Virus record (IMG/VR): IMGVR_UViG_3300037484_000558
Span: 1-37,749 of that record
DNA: 37,749 nt
From: a virus
Taxonomy: Duplodnaviria > Caudoviricetes
Direction: 5' to 3' (one strand)
The notes beneath the pieces were generated by a model. It saw nothing but the letters and a program-made list of their open reading frames with translations. It made no database searches and was not told the DNA's origin. The translations under genes and the position numbers were made by a program. The first letter of the stretch is position 1. Each line of letters begins with the position of its first letter. Of the stretch, positions 9,979 to 19,196 are shown piece by piece.

Positions 9979-11121
9979 TCAATACTGGTTCGTGCGTGTG
10001 ATGACCGCTTGGGTCGCGTTGCACTGGCCAGTAACGCTCACCTGCGCAGCCGACGAGTCGTGCGAAAGCTGCGTGTAGAAGAAGTACGGCAACCGAATCA
10101 CTTCGGCCAGAATGCCACCGCAATCGGGAGCATTCACGATTTCAACGTCCACTACGTACGGAGCGCACGGGTCGCCCGTATTCGAGGATGTCCAGGTGGA
10201 AGCCGCACCAATCCGCTTCAGTGCTTCCTCGATTGTCGGAGTCGTTCCGCCGGCGACGGCGCGAATGAACTCCCACGTGAAGTCAAACGACACATCCATC
10301 GGCTGCTCGTCACCTTCCTTGTACGTGTCGAGCGCACCGCGGTCACGAATGAACACGACTTCACGATTCTCGTCGTAGGTCATGTTCCCTTCGCCGAGTT
10401 GGATTTCCAACTCAATCGGCAGGAAGGTGATATCGTCGCCGCTCACAACCGCGTCTTCCAGGTCCGGGTCGATGGTGATCGACAGGGTCGAACCGACTGC
10501 TTCGCCGCTGGTTGTCTGAGTAATTGCACCAGCCGCACCGCCGGTCAAACTTGTTCCATTCACCGTCATCATCGCAATCGGATGATTCGTGACGCTGTTA
10601 CCACTGTAGGTGTACGTTGTTGCCGTCGTGTTAGCAGGACCACCTGTAACTGCAACATCACCAGCAGTATATGTCACACCATCAACTTCCAAACCAGCCA
10701 AAGCAACATCGACAGCCGTTTGAATTGTGGCCGAAGTCGCATCAAAAGCAAGCGCTGTCGTTGTGGCGGCCGTATTGCCCGGCAGAGTCAAACTCAAAGT
10801 GAATGTTCCGCCAGTTGCCGTACTCGTAGCCATCGACTGAACTTCATCGACGCCGGCACTAAGTGTCCGGGCTGTCACTTCGTACTTGGTCAGATCACCC
10901 TCGAAACGAACGTGTGCCCCTACGGGCACAGTCGGATCAAAGGTACCGGGTGTAATCGGTACGAGTGAGGCACCCAAACTGGCGCCCGCCGTATCGACCG
11001 TCGGAACAAACGTTTCACTATTGTAAAGGTTGCCGAAACCGTCCTTCAGGCGGACGATGGCATCCTTCAGGTCAATGGGCGCGAAGCACATCAACCGAGG
11101 GGAAAGGCTGAGAAAATTCAC
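9979..11121 (-). CDS. Major tail (tube) protein with inserted decoration domains (380 aa)
   Basis: Upstream of the chaperone, followed by a terminator. Start moved to GTG 11121, 6 nt after AGGAGA. Confidence 0.8.
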   Translation of the reverse strand: MNFLSLSPRLMCFAPIDLKDAIVRLKDGFGNLYNSETFVPTVDTAGASLGASLVPITPGTFDPTVPVGAHVRFEGDLTKYEVTARTLSAGVDEVQSMATSTATGGTFTLSLTLPGNTAATTTALAFDATSATIQTAVDVALAGLEVDGVTYTAGDVAVTGGPANTTATTYTYSGNSVTNHPIAMMTVNGTSLTGGAAGAITQTTSGEAVGSTLSITIDPDLEDAVVSGDDITFLPIELEIQLGEGNMTYDENREVVFIRDRGALDTYKEGDEQPMDVSFDFTWEFIRAVAGGTTPTIEEALKRIGAASTWTSSNTGDPCAPYVVDVEIVNAPDCGGILAEVIRLPYFFYTQLSHDSSAAQVSVTGQCNATQAVITRTNQY

Positions 11122-11140
11122 GCTGAGTCTCCTATTGTGT

Positions 11141-11767
11141 TCACGCAGGGATGAGTTCGTCATCAATCAAGTCCAAGAATACGAGATTATTCTCAACGTC
11201 TTCTGTCTTTAATGAAGAGACGCTCTCATCAATGAAGATGAGATTATTCTCAGTAGCTCGTTCGATTAGAACCTCACCATCCACTTGTTCAGAAAGATGC
11301 ATCTGGAACGATGCCTCAACCGTCGCTTCCTCTAACTGATACTGCGGATCAATTTGACCAAAATGATTGACCCGGACCGGCTCTCGGAAGGTACGATTCT
11401 TCAACTGCAAAACGCCGAGGAGTGAATTGTCATCGTCAGGCCCGTCCCCGTAACGGTAGATGCAATGGTTCTTTGCGAGCCACGTCGCGACTTCACCGCA
11501 ACTGCGGCGCATCTTATGGAAGTCGGTGTCATCCATGAAGGACCGAACCAGGAGATTGATTTCAATATCAAGAATGAAATAATTCCGGCTCGGTTGTTTC
11601 CTCATCGGGCCATCCATCCGGAACTCAAGCAGTTCCGTGTTGGCCGGCAACCCTCTATGCGTACCTTCGATGAACACGCCGAATGTACTTTCAAACCGAG
11701 ATTTGAAATTCCCCGACATTGTGGCGAAGATCCATCGGTCCCAATTTGGGTTCCCTAGGACGCTCAT
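11141..11767 (-). CDS. Putative tail terminator/connector protein (208 aa)
   Basis: Position immediately before the major tail gene; ATGA overlap with the upstream gene. Confidence 0.55.
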   Translation of the reverse strand: MSVLGNPNWDRWIFATMSGNFKSRFESTFGVFIEGTHRGLPANTELLEFRMDGPMRKQPSRNYFILDIEINLLVRSFMDDTDFHKMRRSCGEVATWLAKNHCIYRYGDGPDDDNSLLGVLQLKNRTFREPVRVNHFGQIDPQYQLEEATVEASFQMHLSEQVDGEVLIERATENNLIFIDESVSSLKTEDVENNLVFLDLIDDELIPA

Positions 11768-12255
11768 GTTTCAACCTCCACTTCATCCGAGAACAGAGAA
11801 TACTGTAGGACGCTGGTGGAGACCGATTGGAGGATTGGTGCTCCCTTGACTTCTGTCCCGACTATTAGGAAGCCGGTATCATACTCGTATGTCTGAACTT
11901 CACTCACTTGCCAACGTTTGTTCTCGAACACGAAGTAGTCATCATTCTGAGGCACGTAGCCATCGGCTTCTCTCGTGCCTAGAATCAATCGTCGTTTGGT
12001 CGTGTCGAAGTTGCCACCGTAAGTGAAATTCTTATTGGCGGCGATGAATGACAGGTCAAAGACGAATTTCGTTTTCAGTTCACTCGGCAGGACAACAACC
12101 AGTCGTCGGTCCCAGACAGTCTTTGCCACGGTCTTCTTGCCGGTACGTGTATTGAGAGCCTCTACGTCCCGGTAGAAATCCACGCGCCCGCCCATCCGGC
12201 GCTGTAAATTGTACAACAACCGTCTCATGAACATTGTGGCGCGTTTTTGTGACAT
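11764..12255 (-). CDS. Putative head-closure/head-tail adaptor (163 aa)
   Basis: Position after the capsid; P..DD.F.F....W.V..V pattern like head-tail joining proteins. Confidence 0.55.
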   Translation of the reverse strand: MSQKRATMFMRRLLYNLQRRMGGRVDFYRDVEALNTRTGKKTVAKTVWDRRLVVVLPSELKTKFVFDLSFIAANKNFTYGGNFDTTKRRLILGTREADGYVPQNDDYFVFENKRWQVSEVQTYEYDTGFLIVGTEVKGAPILQSVSTSVLQYSLFSDEVEVET

Positions 12256-12256
12256 T

Positions 12257-12502
12257 TTACTTCCACCCTATGTAACTGGCTACTGCGTTGAAGAGCAGCG
12301 TAACGAAGCCTCCACACAAAACCCACACTAACTTGCCTCGCCGCGACTCAGTTTGTTCCAAACGGTCGACTCGGACCATCATTCCAACTGGTCCTTCAAG
12401 TATGTCGATGCACTTATCGAGTTTGCCATCAACGTTCTTGAGAGTCTCTGCTTGGGCTGCTTGAGCGGCGACTAGTTTCATCAAGATTTCCTGGTCGCTC
12501 AT
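12257..12502 (-). CDS. Small coiled-coil protein with a C-terminal transmembrane helix (holin/XhlA-like architecture)
   Basis: RVDRLEQ then LVWVLCGGFVTLLFNAVASYIGW; ATG 12502 is best spaced from AGGAG. Confidence 0.55.
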   Translation of the reverse strand: MSDQEILMKLVAAQAAQAETLKNVDGKLDKCIDILEGPVGMMVRVDRLEQTESRRGKLVWVLCGGFVTLLFNAVASYIGWK

Positions 12503-12518
12503 TGTGCCCACACTCCTA

Positions 12519-12553
12519 GAGAAACCACCCGGCCCCGCGGTGGGGCCGGGTGG
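12519..12553 (-). terminator. Terminator-like hairpin after the major capsid gene
   Basis: CCACCCGGCCCC-N5-GGGGCCGGGTGG followed by TTTCT on the minus strand. Confidence 0.75.
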
Positions 12554-12567
12554 GTTTCAACTCAAGA

Positions 12568-13983
12568 TCAACCCAAGAACACGGCGCCGAGGTCCTCATC
12601 GAGAACCTTGGTTCCGAACAGCACGTCCAGCGTCACCAGGTGTCCCTGGCCACGGCCTTCGTAGCTGATCGTGACGCGCATGGCGAGATTGTTGTAGCTT
12701 GCAACGCCACTCAACGCACCCGCACCAGCCTTCGGAGGAGCCAACGGGCGAATCACCATCGCGAGCGCGTCGCGGTGGAAAGCAAAGTTGTAGGAGCCGG
12801 CCGGGCCGTATCCCACGACGTCGTTGTTCGCAATCGCTGTCTCCAGCGGACGATCCAGTTCGATGTAGTAGGCACCACTGTCGATTGTCACGTCGACGAT
12901 GCTGTACTCACCGGCCAGAGCCACGTTTGGCGTACCGGCTGTGGCGAAGCTGACCAACTGTCCGACGTGCGGGATACCCGTTCCGTCGACCTTGATCTCT
13001 CCGTCGTAGTTGGCCGGGTAGGCGGTCACGCCGGTATGGCCGGCCAGATCCACCAAACCTGTCGTGATGACATTGATATCCGAAGTCGCCGCAGGCACCG
13101 CAACGCGGAGTGGACGATTGATCGTAATATCATTGGTGCTCACGCCGATCACACGGAAGGGCATCAGGTCGCCCTCGACTGTGATGTACGAACCAACCGG
13201 AGCCACCGCACCCGAGTCAAGACTCAGAACGGTCTGACCAGCGGCTTCATCCGCGCTCAATTCGTCAGCGTTCAACGTTCCGGCGGCGGTCAGAATACTC
13301 GGGGTATTCTGTGCCATCATCACGTCGAAGCCAAGCAACTCGCCCAAGCTGGCCTTCCGCAGAGCGGTGCCGTCGTCGCCAATCGTGTTGGCGGCATTGA
13401 ACAGGTCGAGTTCCAAAATGTCGGTCTTGGTACCGGGCGACACGATCAGATTGCGACCGTCGACGTATGCCTTGTTCTCGTCCATCTTCTGGCCGAGTTC
13501 CAGCATCCGACGCTTCACGTTCGCAACGGCCAGACCTTCCAGTTGGCCGACCGAGTTGGCCAGGAACTGGTAGACTTGACCCATGAGGATCTTGTCGATC
13601 TTGCGGGCGATGGACTGAGCCGCCGGCTTGATGTGCACGCGGACTAGATCCTCGAACGACAGACTTTGCTCGCTGTCCTTGATGGTGAAGCTGGTGTGAA
13701 TGTGCTGGTTCAGCACGACCGCGACATTCGTCGCATTGCTGTCCTGCACGGTCACGTCGTCATTCGCACCCTTCCGCTTGGCCGTGTATTCGTTCGGCCG
13801 GCGGGTATTCACGGTGTCGCCGTAGTCCTGAACGTCATCCGAAAATTCGCGATAGACCAGGTTGCCGATGACCATGTTCTCTTCGAGAATGGCCAGCGAT
13901 TCGGCCGCCCACACTTCGGGTACCCACGCGTCCAAGCTGTTGTCGAACGCCACGAAACGGACTTGAGAAATCGTGTACTTCAC
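12568..13983 (-). CDS. Major capsid protein, P22 coat-like, with inserted beta domains (471 aa)
   Basis: VPEVWAAESL, GDTVN, NFAFHRDALAMVIRPL and DVLFG motifs; follows the scaffold. Start moved to GTG 13983, 7 nt after GAGG. Confidence 0.9.
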   Translation of the reverse strand: MKYTISQVRFVAFDNSLDAWVPEVWAAESLAILEENMVIGNLVYREFSDDVQDYGDTVNTRRPNEYTAKRKGANDDVTVQDSNATNVAVVLNQHIHTSFTIKDSEQSLSFEDLVRVHIKPAAQSIARKIDKILMGQVYQFLANSVGQLEGLAVANVKRRMLELGQKMDENKAYVDGRNLIVSPGTKTDILELDLFNAANTIGDDGTALRKASLGELLGFDVMMAQNTPSILTAAGTLNADELSADEAAGQTVLSLDSGAVAPVGSYITVEGDLMPFRVIGVSTNDITINRPLRVAVPAATSDINVITTGLVDLAGHTGVTAYPANYDGEIKVDGTGIPHVGQLVSFATAGTPNVALAGEYSIVDVTIDSGAYYIELDRPLETAIANNDVVGYGPAGSYNFAFHRDALAMVIRPLAPPKAGAGALSGVASYNNLAMRVTISYEGRGQGHLVTLDVLFGTKVLDEDLGAVFLG

Positions 13984-14036
13984 GACTGTGCCTCTCTTAG
14001 AAAATGATTTCAGAATCAACAACGGGAACCCGGGAT

Positions 14037-14882
14037 TCAGCGCGCCCCACCAGACTTGTAGAAGAGATCCGGTTTCTCTTTACGAAGCCGCCGAAATTCG
14101 GCTGGGTTTTCTCGGGCCAATTTGGCCAGGTCAATCTTACCGGCAACGACGCCGGTATTGCGATGGCCACCAACGCCCGAGCGTTTGGTGTCTACGAACA
14201 GGTTGGCGAACTTGTCCAATTCGGTCATTCGTTTGACCGCTTCGTCGATCGTATATTCCATCACGATCGGCTTCTTGTCCTTGTCGATGTCGGGGAACTT
14301 GACGACGGGTGCCTGCTGTCCTGTTGGTTTCCCGTCCTCGTCGACAACGTCCTTGAACGAAATCATCGGACCGACAATCGCAGAGATTTGGTCAACATCG
14401 TGCGCGTTGTTGTTCGATCCTGCCCGCGTAATCTGATTGCTAACGACTTCTCGCTGGTAAATGGTTCGGAAAGAATCACGTTCAGTTGTGAGTTGCTGCA
14501 CTTGTACTTGCGAAGCCTCACGTTCCTGTGTGGCTTTCCGCTCCGCCTTTTCCTGGGCCGTCAGAAACTGGCCCTCCAATTCGTCGATCCGAGCCTGAAG
14601 GGTCGTACGCTCTTCCTCCGACAATCCCTTCTGATTCTTCTGGGCTTCCAGTTGACCGGCCAGATCACGTTGGGCCTTTGTCAACTGTTGCTCGCGTGCC
14701 TCATGCTTGCGACGCATAGCACCCATGTGGCTATCGAACTCTGCCTGTGTGTAGGTCTTACTGGCTGCCGGGGGTGGATCACCTGTTCCGGCCCCTGCGG
14801 CACCCGCTCCGGCACCTGCGGCACCGGCGGCGGGTTCATTGTCAAAACACACGAAACGGGCGGCTTGATACAGCAACTTCAT
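14037..14882 (-). CDS. Capsid scaffolding protein (281 aa)
   Basis: Low-complexity N-terminus, KTYTQAEFD motif, coiled coil, directly upstream of the capsid. Confidence 0.8.
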   Translation of the reverse strand: MKLLYQAARFVCFDNEPAAGAAGAGAGAAGAGTGDPPPAASKTYTQAEFDSHMGAMRRKHEAREQQLTKAQRDLAGQLEAQKNQKGLSEEERTTLQARIDELEGQFLTAQEKAERKATQEREASQVQVQQLTTERDSFRTIYQREVVSNQITRAGSNNNAHDVDQISAIVGPMISFKDVVDEDGKPTGQQAPVVKFPDIDKDKKPIVMEYTIDEAVKRMTELDKFANLFVDTKRSGVGGHRNTGVVAGKIDLAKLARENPAEFRRLRKEKPDLFYKSGGAR

Positions 14883-14893
14883 TGATTTTGTCC

Positions 14894-15352
14894 TCAGGAT
14901 ACCCTACGTAGTTTGATTCCACGAACGTCGCCAAGCAGGGGTTTGAGGTATTTCCAAGCTAACGAGCTAGGAATCCCTGCGGCAAAGTGTTCGGGCGCAG
15001 AGTCGCGAGCGTAGGTTGTTCTCGCGGCACTGTAGCCTTCCGAAGACACGGAGAGGCTTTCTTGTTCCAGGTCTGGTTCTGCTCCGTCTAATAAAGCATA
15101 AGCGACTTCAAACGTAGCGTCTTTCACACGTTGCGGAACCTCAGTATCTTCGTAAATCGTATTGATCCTTGGCCACTCCAGAGCCTGAGTGGAATCTGTC
15201 TTGGCCCCTCGAAAATTCAACTGGTCGATCCTGATTGAAGCCTCTCGAAGGGCACGGTTGCGTTGATCCTCGTCAGCCTCAACCCAAGCTGGGATGTGGA
15301 GTTTATTCCCGAAATACGCCTCAGCCTCGATCGTGGTGCCGTACTGTGCCAT
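14894..15352 (-). CDS. Head-tail connector-like protein (phage DnaT-like family, 152 aa)
   Basis: EAEAYF...W...F.G.KTD..QALEWPR...VP..VK.A..E.A pattern. Confidence 0.65.
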   Translation of the reverse strand: MAQYGTTIEAEAYFGNKLHIPAWVEADEDQRNRALREASIRIDQLNFRGAKTDSTQALEWPRINTIYEDTEVPQRVKDATFEVAYALLDGAEPDLEQESLSVSSEGYSAARTTYARDSAPEHFAAGIPSSLAWKYLKPLLGDVRGIKLRRVS

Positions 15353-16563
15353 TAGCCTAACTCCCTCCAGTTCAATGCGGCGTACACTTCCATGTTGTTC
15401 GTGAGTGGTTGAACAGCCACAATAAGTCGGTCGTGCGTCCCAGCGATTGATGAACCAAAGCGGACAGAACTGGAACTGTCAATCTGCAAAACTTGCTGTC
15501 CATTTGAAATGCCCGCGAAAATCGTGTAACCGCCTGTACATGTATTCCCGATGGCTCCCTGATAGTATTCGACAGGGCTGTCCGACACAGCGGAAAAAAC
15601 TGGCTCCGAAGCAACAGTCGGATTCAGAAGTACGAATGTTCGGTAGAGTTGCTGCGACAAATTGTCCGAGATCCACGACGCTTGAATGAATTCCAATCCC
15701 GCATGATGGTGTGTTGATTTTAGTCTCACACCGATCAAAGCATAGATGTTATTCAGTTGCAAGTTTTGGAGTGTGGTGCTACTGTGAACACCCCTTGGGA
15801 CCCCAATGGACTCAGTTCCGCTACCCTCAGACATGACAGTCGAACAAATGCAAACTAGATCGCTGGCCCCACCGCTCCCGTTGTTGATTATCTCGTACCG
15901 CAGATGGTTGTTCGGAACCGACATGTAGACCAGGTCAACGTTGTTTGCGTGATTCATTTCGTGGGCGTAGTAGATTTTACCATCAACTACGAAGCCGAAA
16001 CGTACGCGACCGGCACCCAACCACTCCAGGTCGATCTGCAAAATCTGAGTCTTGGTGAAGTCCAATGTGACTCCGGACGGTCCAGTACCATCCATCTTAT
16101 CAACGTTCCAGAGAGCACGGGCTACGGTGTTTTCAACGGGCGATCCACTCGTGTTTGTTCGGCGATTGAATTGGATTGCTCCATTTTCGTCTTCGAGGAA
16201 CAGTCCGTTATCATTATCGCCGTAACCAACACGTTTGAGAATTCCAGACTCACCGTCGCCCAACACAAACGTCATCAACACCATCAGCGATTTCCCAGGC
16301 TGATAATTGAAATGTTGATACGTTTGACGCACACGTCGGCCGGCGGTCGCCGCATTCACGTGAAGCGTGACGCTGGCTTGGTCCGTATTGTACGTGCTGG
16401 TCGCGGTCCCACTGATCTGCTGATCGTCCCACAACTGGGGCATTGCGTCGTGAATCAATTTGCCGTTGAACAGAGTCGTTGGCACACTGACTCGTACACG
16501 ACCAAACGCATCAATGGCACCGGTGTCAGCTGGAGACGTTTCAATTCTGCTTAGGTAGCTCAT
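15352..16563 (-). CDS. Conserved virion structural protein, DAFGR-type (403 aa)
   Basis: DAFGRVRVS, YQPGKS and DLEWLGAGRVRFGF motifs recalled from viral structural proteins. Confidence 0.6.
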   Translation of the reverse strand: MSYLSRIETSPADTGAIDAFGRVRVSVPTTLFNGKLIHDAMPQLWDDQQISGTATSTYNTDQASVTLHVNAATAGRRVRQTYQHFNYQPGKSLMVLMTFVLGDGESGILKRVGYGDNDNGLFLEDENGAIQFNRRTNTSGSPVENTVARALWNVDKMDGTGPSGVTLDFTKTQILQIDLEWLGAGRVRFGFVVDGKIYYAHEMNHANNVDLVYMSVPNNHLRYEIINNGSGGASDLVCICSTVMSEGSGTESIGVPRGVHSSTTLQNLQLNNIYALIGVRLKSTHHHAGLEFIQASWISDNLSQQLYRTFVLLNPTVASEPVFSAVSDSPVEYYQGAIGNTCTGGYTIFAGISNGQQVLQIDSSSSVRFGSSIAGTHDRLIVAVQPLTNNMEVYAALNWRELG

Positions 16564-17066
16564 ACGATGAACCAGTCTGTACCGTTAGGGATGTAACGTC
16601 CGGAGGTCCATTGACTGGTGATAACAGATTCATCACCACCGTCAATGTACTCTGATGCGTATGGAAGCACAATAACGCGATGCGCCGTCCCGTCAATCTT
16701 TTTCACATTGATGGGAAACTTCGGGCCTGCTGGGTCCGGCAAAGTGATTTCAATATCACCCGCAGTCGCGTCAACCAGGATGAACATTTCCTGGATCGGC
16801 GTTGGGTCAACCTCGTAGTCAATAGAAGTCTCAACAATGAGAACCGAGTCATCTGCAATCACAACTGCTTCGAGATTGGTGACTCGGTTCTCGTGGTCAT
16901 CGACACTTGTTGAGTTTTCAAGGACGCGTGTCTGGGTCGCAATTAGCTCCCCGGCAATTTGATCGTAATCGTGACGGTCCGGAGACCGTCGTACGCTCGC
17001 GTTCCGTTGTGTTACGGCATTCGTACCGTCCCACACATTGTCGGGGAAGCTAACTTTGACTACCAT
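16560..17066 (-). CDS. Head-accessory/fibre-like protein (168 aa)
   Basis: WDGT module, short coiled coil, C-terminal VDAT.G.I.ITLP...NGTDW domain. Confidence 0.55.
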   Translation of the reverse strand: MVVKVSFPDNVWDGTNAVTQRNASVRRSPDRHDYDQIAGELIATQTRVLENSTSVDDHENRVTNLEAVVIADDSVLIVETSIDYEVDPTPIQEMFILVDATAGDIEITLPDPAGPKFPINVKKIDGTAHRVIVLPYASEYIDGGDESVITSQWTSGRYIPNGTDWFIV

Positions 17067-17067
17067 G

Positions 17068-18837
17068 TTACGCTCCTGCAGAGACTGTTAACACGCCGCT
17101 GCTGGTCCAAAGTTGACCGGCCACGGCTGGATCGGATGTCGGTACACGTCCATCAACGTCAAAGCCAAGCGGTACAAGCATCCGTTGCATGGAACGAATC
17201 CGTTGGTAAGCTTTCAACCAATCCCAACCGTCTGGGGCGTACTTGGCTGCCGGATACACTTCGCGAGTCCGGCTCGTTCCATCCCACGATTCTGCGTCAT
17301 TTGTCCCACCAATTGATAAAGCCACGATGACGCCGTCCGAGTACAAGCCACCTGCTTCTAGTGGATCGACTGTTGCAATACCAACGTCCTCGACAAGAGC
17401 CAACGGCAGAACGCGACTTTCAAGAGCCGCTATCTGTGTTACCATTGTCCGCCAATCATCCCAAACCGGTTCCCGGGCATCACTGGCATCCCGCTTCGGC
17501 GTCGTACGATCCCAAACATTGGGATAAGTCGCAGTCCCACTAGAAGCCAGTTTGAGTTCATTATCAATCACACCCGGTGTCGTCGTACTGGCAACGGGAG
17601 CCGCTTCTGTGGTCGCCAAGTCAACATTTGCTGTAGTGGCTTGCGTAATATTCGCGCCAGCAACCGAAGCACCGCTGTAGGTCAGTGTTACGGCGGTCGT
17701 ATTGATCGGACCACCTGCCACAACAATGTCGCCCGCCGAATACGTACCAACGCCATTGAGTGCAGTATCAACAGCTGTTTGAATCGTGGCCGATGAGGCA
17801 TTGAAGGCAAGACTGCCAGTTGTTTCGGCACTTTCTCCGGGCACCGTAAGAGTCAAAGTCCAGTTGCCAGAAATCGCAGCAATGGCCGCAAGACTCCCAA
17901 CTTCATTGACAGGAGCCACACCCTGCGTTGTGGTGGAAGCAACCGGCGGTGTCGCGTCATTCAGATCAACATCAGCTGTTGTACTCTGGGCAATGGGTTG
18001 TCCTGCAACCGATGTTCCACTGAAAGTCAATGTAACCGGATTGGCGTTGATTGCACCACCTGCCACAACGATATCGCCGGCGACATACGTACCGACACCA
18101 TTGAGGGCAGTATCAACTGCTGTCTGAATCGTGGCCGATGAAGCATTGAAAGCAATGCTGCCAGTTGTTGATGGACTCTCACCAGGGAAAGTAATCGTCA
18201 AAGTCCAGTTACCCGAACTCGAAGAAATCGCTGCAAGACTCTGGACCTCATCAACAGTGGCCACGCCCGGCGTCGTAGTCGAAGAAACCGGCGGTGTCGC
18301 ATCATTGAGACTGACATTGGTTGTTGTGCACTGAGTAATATTCAGTTCGGTGACAGAAGCACCACTGAATGTCAAGGTCACCGGATTGGCATTGATGGCA
18401 CCGCCAGTGCAAGCAATATCACCAGCCGAAAAGGTCACGCCACGCACGACCAATCCCGCGCAGGCCGCATCAATTGCGGCTTCAATTGTGGCAGCTGAAG
18501 CATTGAAGGCGATATTGGCCGTGGTAACGGGATCATTTTCCGGAAGTGTGATTGTGAGGGTCCAGTTGCCTGACGTGGCATCAATGGCCGCAAGGCTCTG
18601 AACTTCGTCTGTTCCGGTCGAAGTATCCGAGTATAGATGACCCGACACACTCGGATCAGCTGTAGCGAAAGCACCAGCGGTGCTCAGACCGAAGCCATCA
18701 CAAACTCGCTGCATGGCCCGCAATTCCTCAACCATTCGTGCCCAGTCAGCCTTGTTTGTACGCGACTTGCGAAGGCTACTCGATCGTCCGCCACGAGTCG
18801 TTCCATCCCAAACACTTGTCGGAAAACTGGTTGTCAT
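17068..18837 (-). CDS. Repeat-rich head-accessory/decoration protein (589 aa)
   Basis: Three ~117-aa EVQ...GNWTLT repeats flanked by three WDGT modules and three TxDP...G.L[YW] motifs. Confidence 0.65.
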   Translation of the reverse strand: MTTSFPTSVWDGTTRGGRSSSLRKSRTNKADWARMVEELRAMQRVCDGFGLSTAGAFATADPSVSGHLYSDTSTGTDEVQSLAAIDATSGNWTLTITLPENDPVTTANIAFNASAATIEAAIDAACAGLVVRGVTFSAGDIACTGGAINANPVTLTFSGASVTELNITQCTTTNVSLNDATPPVSSTTTPGVATVDEVQSLAAISSSSGNWTLTITFPGESPSTTGSIAFNASSATIQTAVDTALNGVGTYVAGDIVVAGGAINANPVTLTFSGTSVAGQPIAQSTTADVDLNDATPPVASTTTQGVAPVNEVGSLAAIAAISGNWTLTLTVPGESAETTGSLAFNASSATIQTAVDTALNGVGTYSAGDIVVAGGPINTTAVTLTYSGASVAGANITQATTANVDLATTEAAPVASTTTPGVIDNELKLASSGTATYPNVWDRTTPKRDASDAREPVWDDWRTMVTQIAALESRVLPLALVEDVGIATVDPLEAGGLYSDGVIVALSIGGTNDAESWDGTSRTREVYPAAKYAPDGWDWLKAYQRIRSMQRMLVPLGFDVDGRVPTSDPAVAGQLWTSSGVLTVSAGA

Positions 18838-18851
18838 TCGTATTCTCCAGG

Positions 18852-19196
18852 TTATGTCCGTAGTAACTCGGACCAGTTGTTGTTCTCAAAGTAGAGTATA
18901 ATCAACTTGAACGGTTTGAGCTTGAACTTTGATTCTAGAATCAAATTACCGCCAGAGTCCTGTAGCTCAACACCGTCGCCCCGGAGTAGCAGAAGATCAC
19001 CTTCTTGTCCTCCGAAAATATTGTACGTCTTCGCATCGTTGCCGTTTACGACGACGATTGTTCTCGTAACTGCAAAGTTTCCAGCTACATTCAGAATCTC
19101 AGGCGGGCCGAGATTCAGATGTAAGATTTCGTTTCTACGTTCCCCGATATCTTCTATTTGCCCGGCCACCATCGCGAGAGAGCGTAGACCACTCAC
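18852..19196 (-). CDS. Hypothetical virion protein (114 aa)
   Basis: GTGA overlap with the upstream gene; beta-rich with a WSE C-terminal motif. Confidence 0.6.
   Translation of the reverse strand: MSGLRSLAMVAGQIEDIGERRNEILHLNLGPPEILNVAGNFAVTRTIVVVNGNDAKTYNIFGGQEGDLLLLRGDGVELQDSGGNLILESKFKLKPFKLIILYFENNNWSELLRT

Noticed and set aside
9949-14885. Long plus-strand ORFs (9949..10968, 12550..13647, 14004..14885)
   Set aside because: Antisense shadows of GC3-biased structural genes, with no recognisable motifs.
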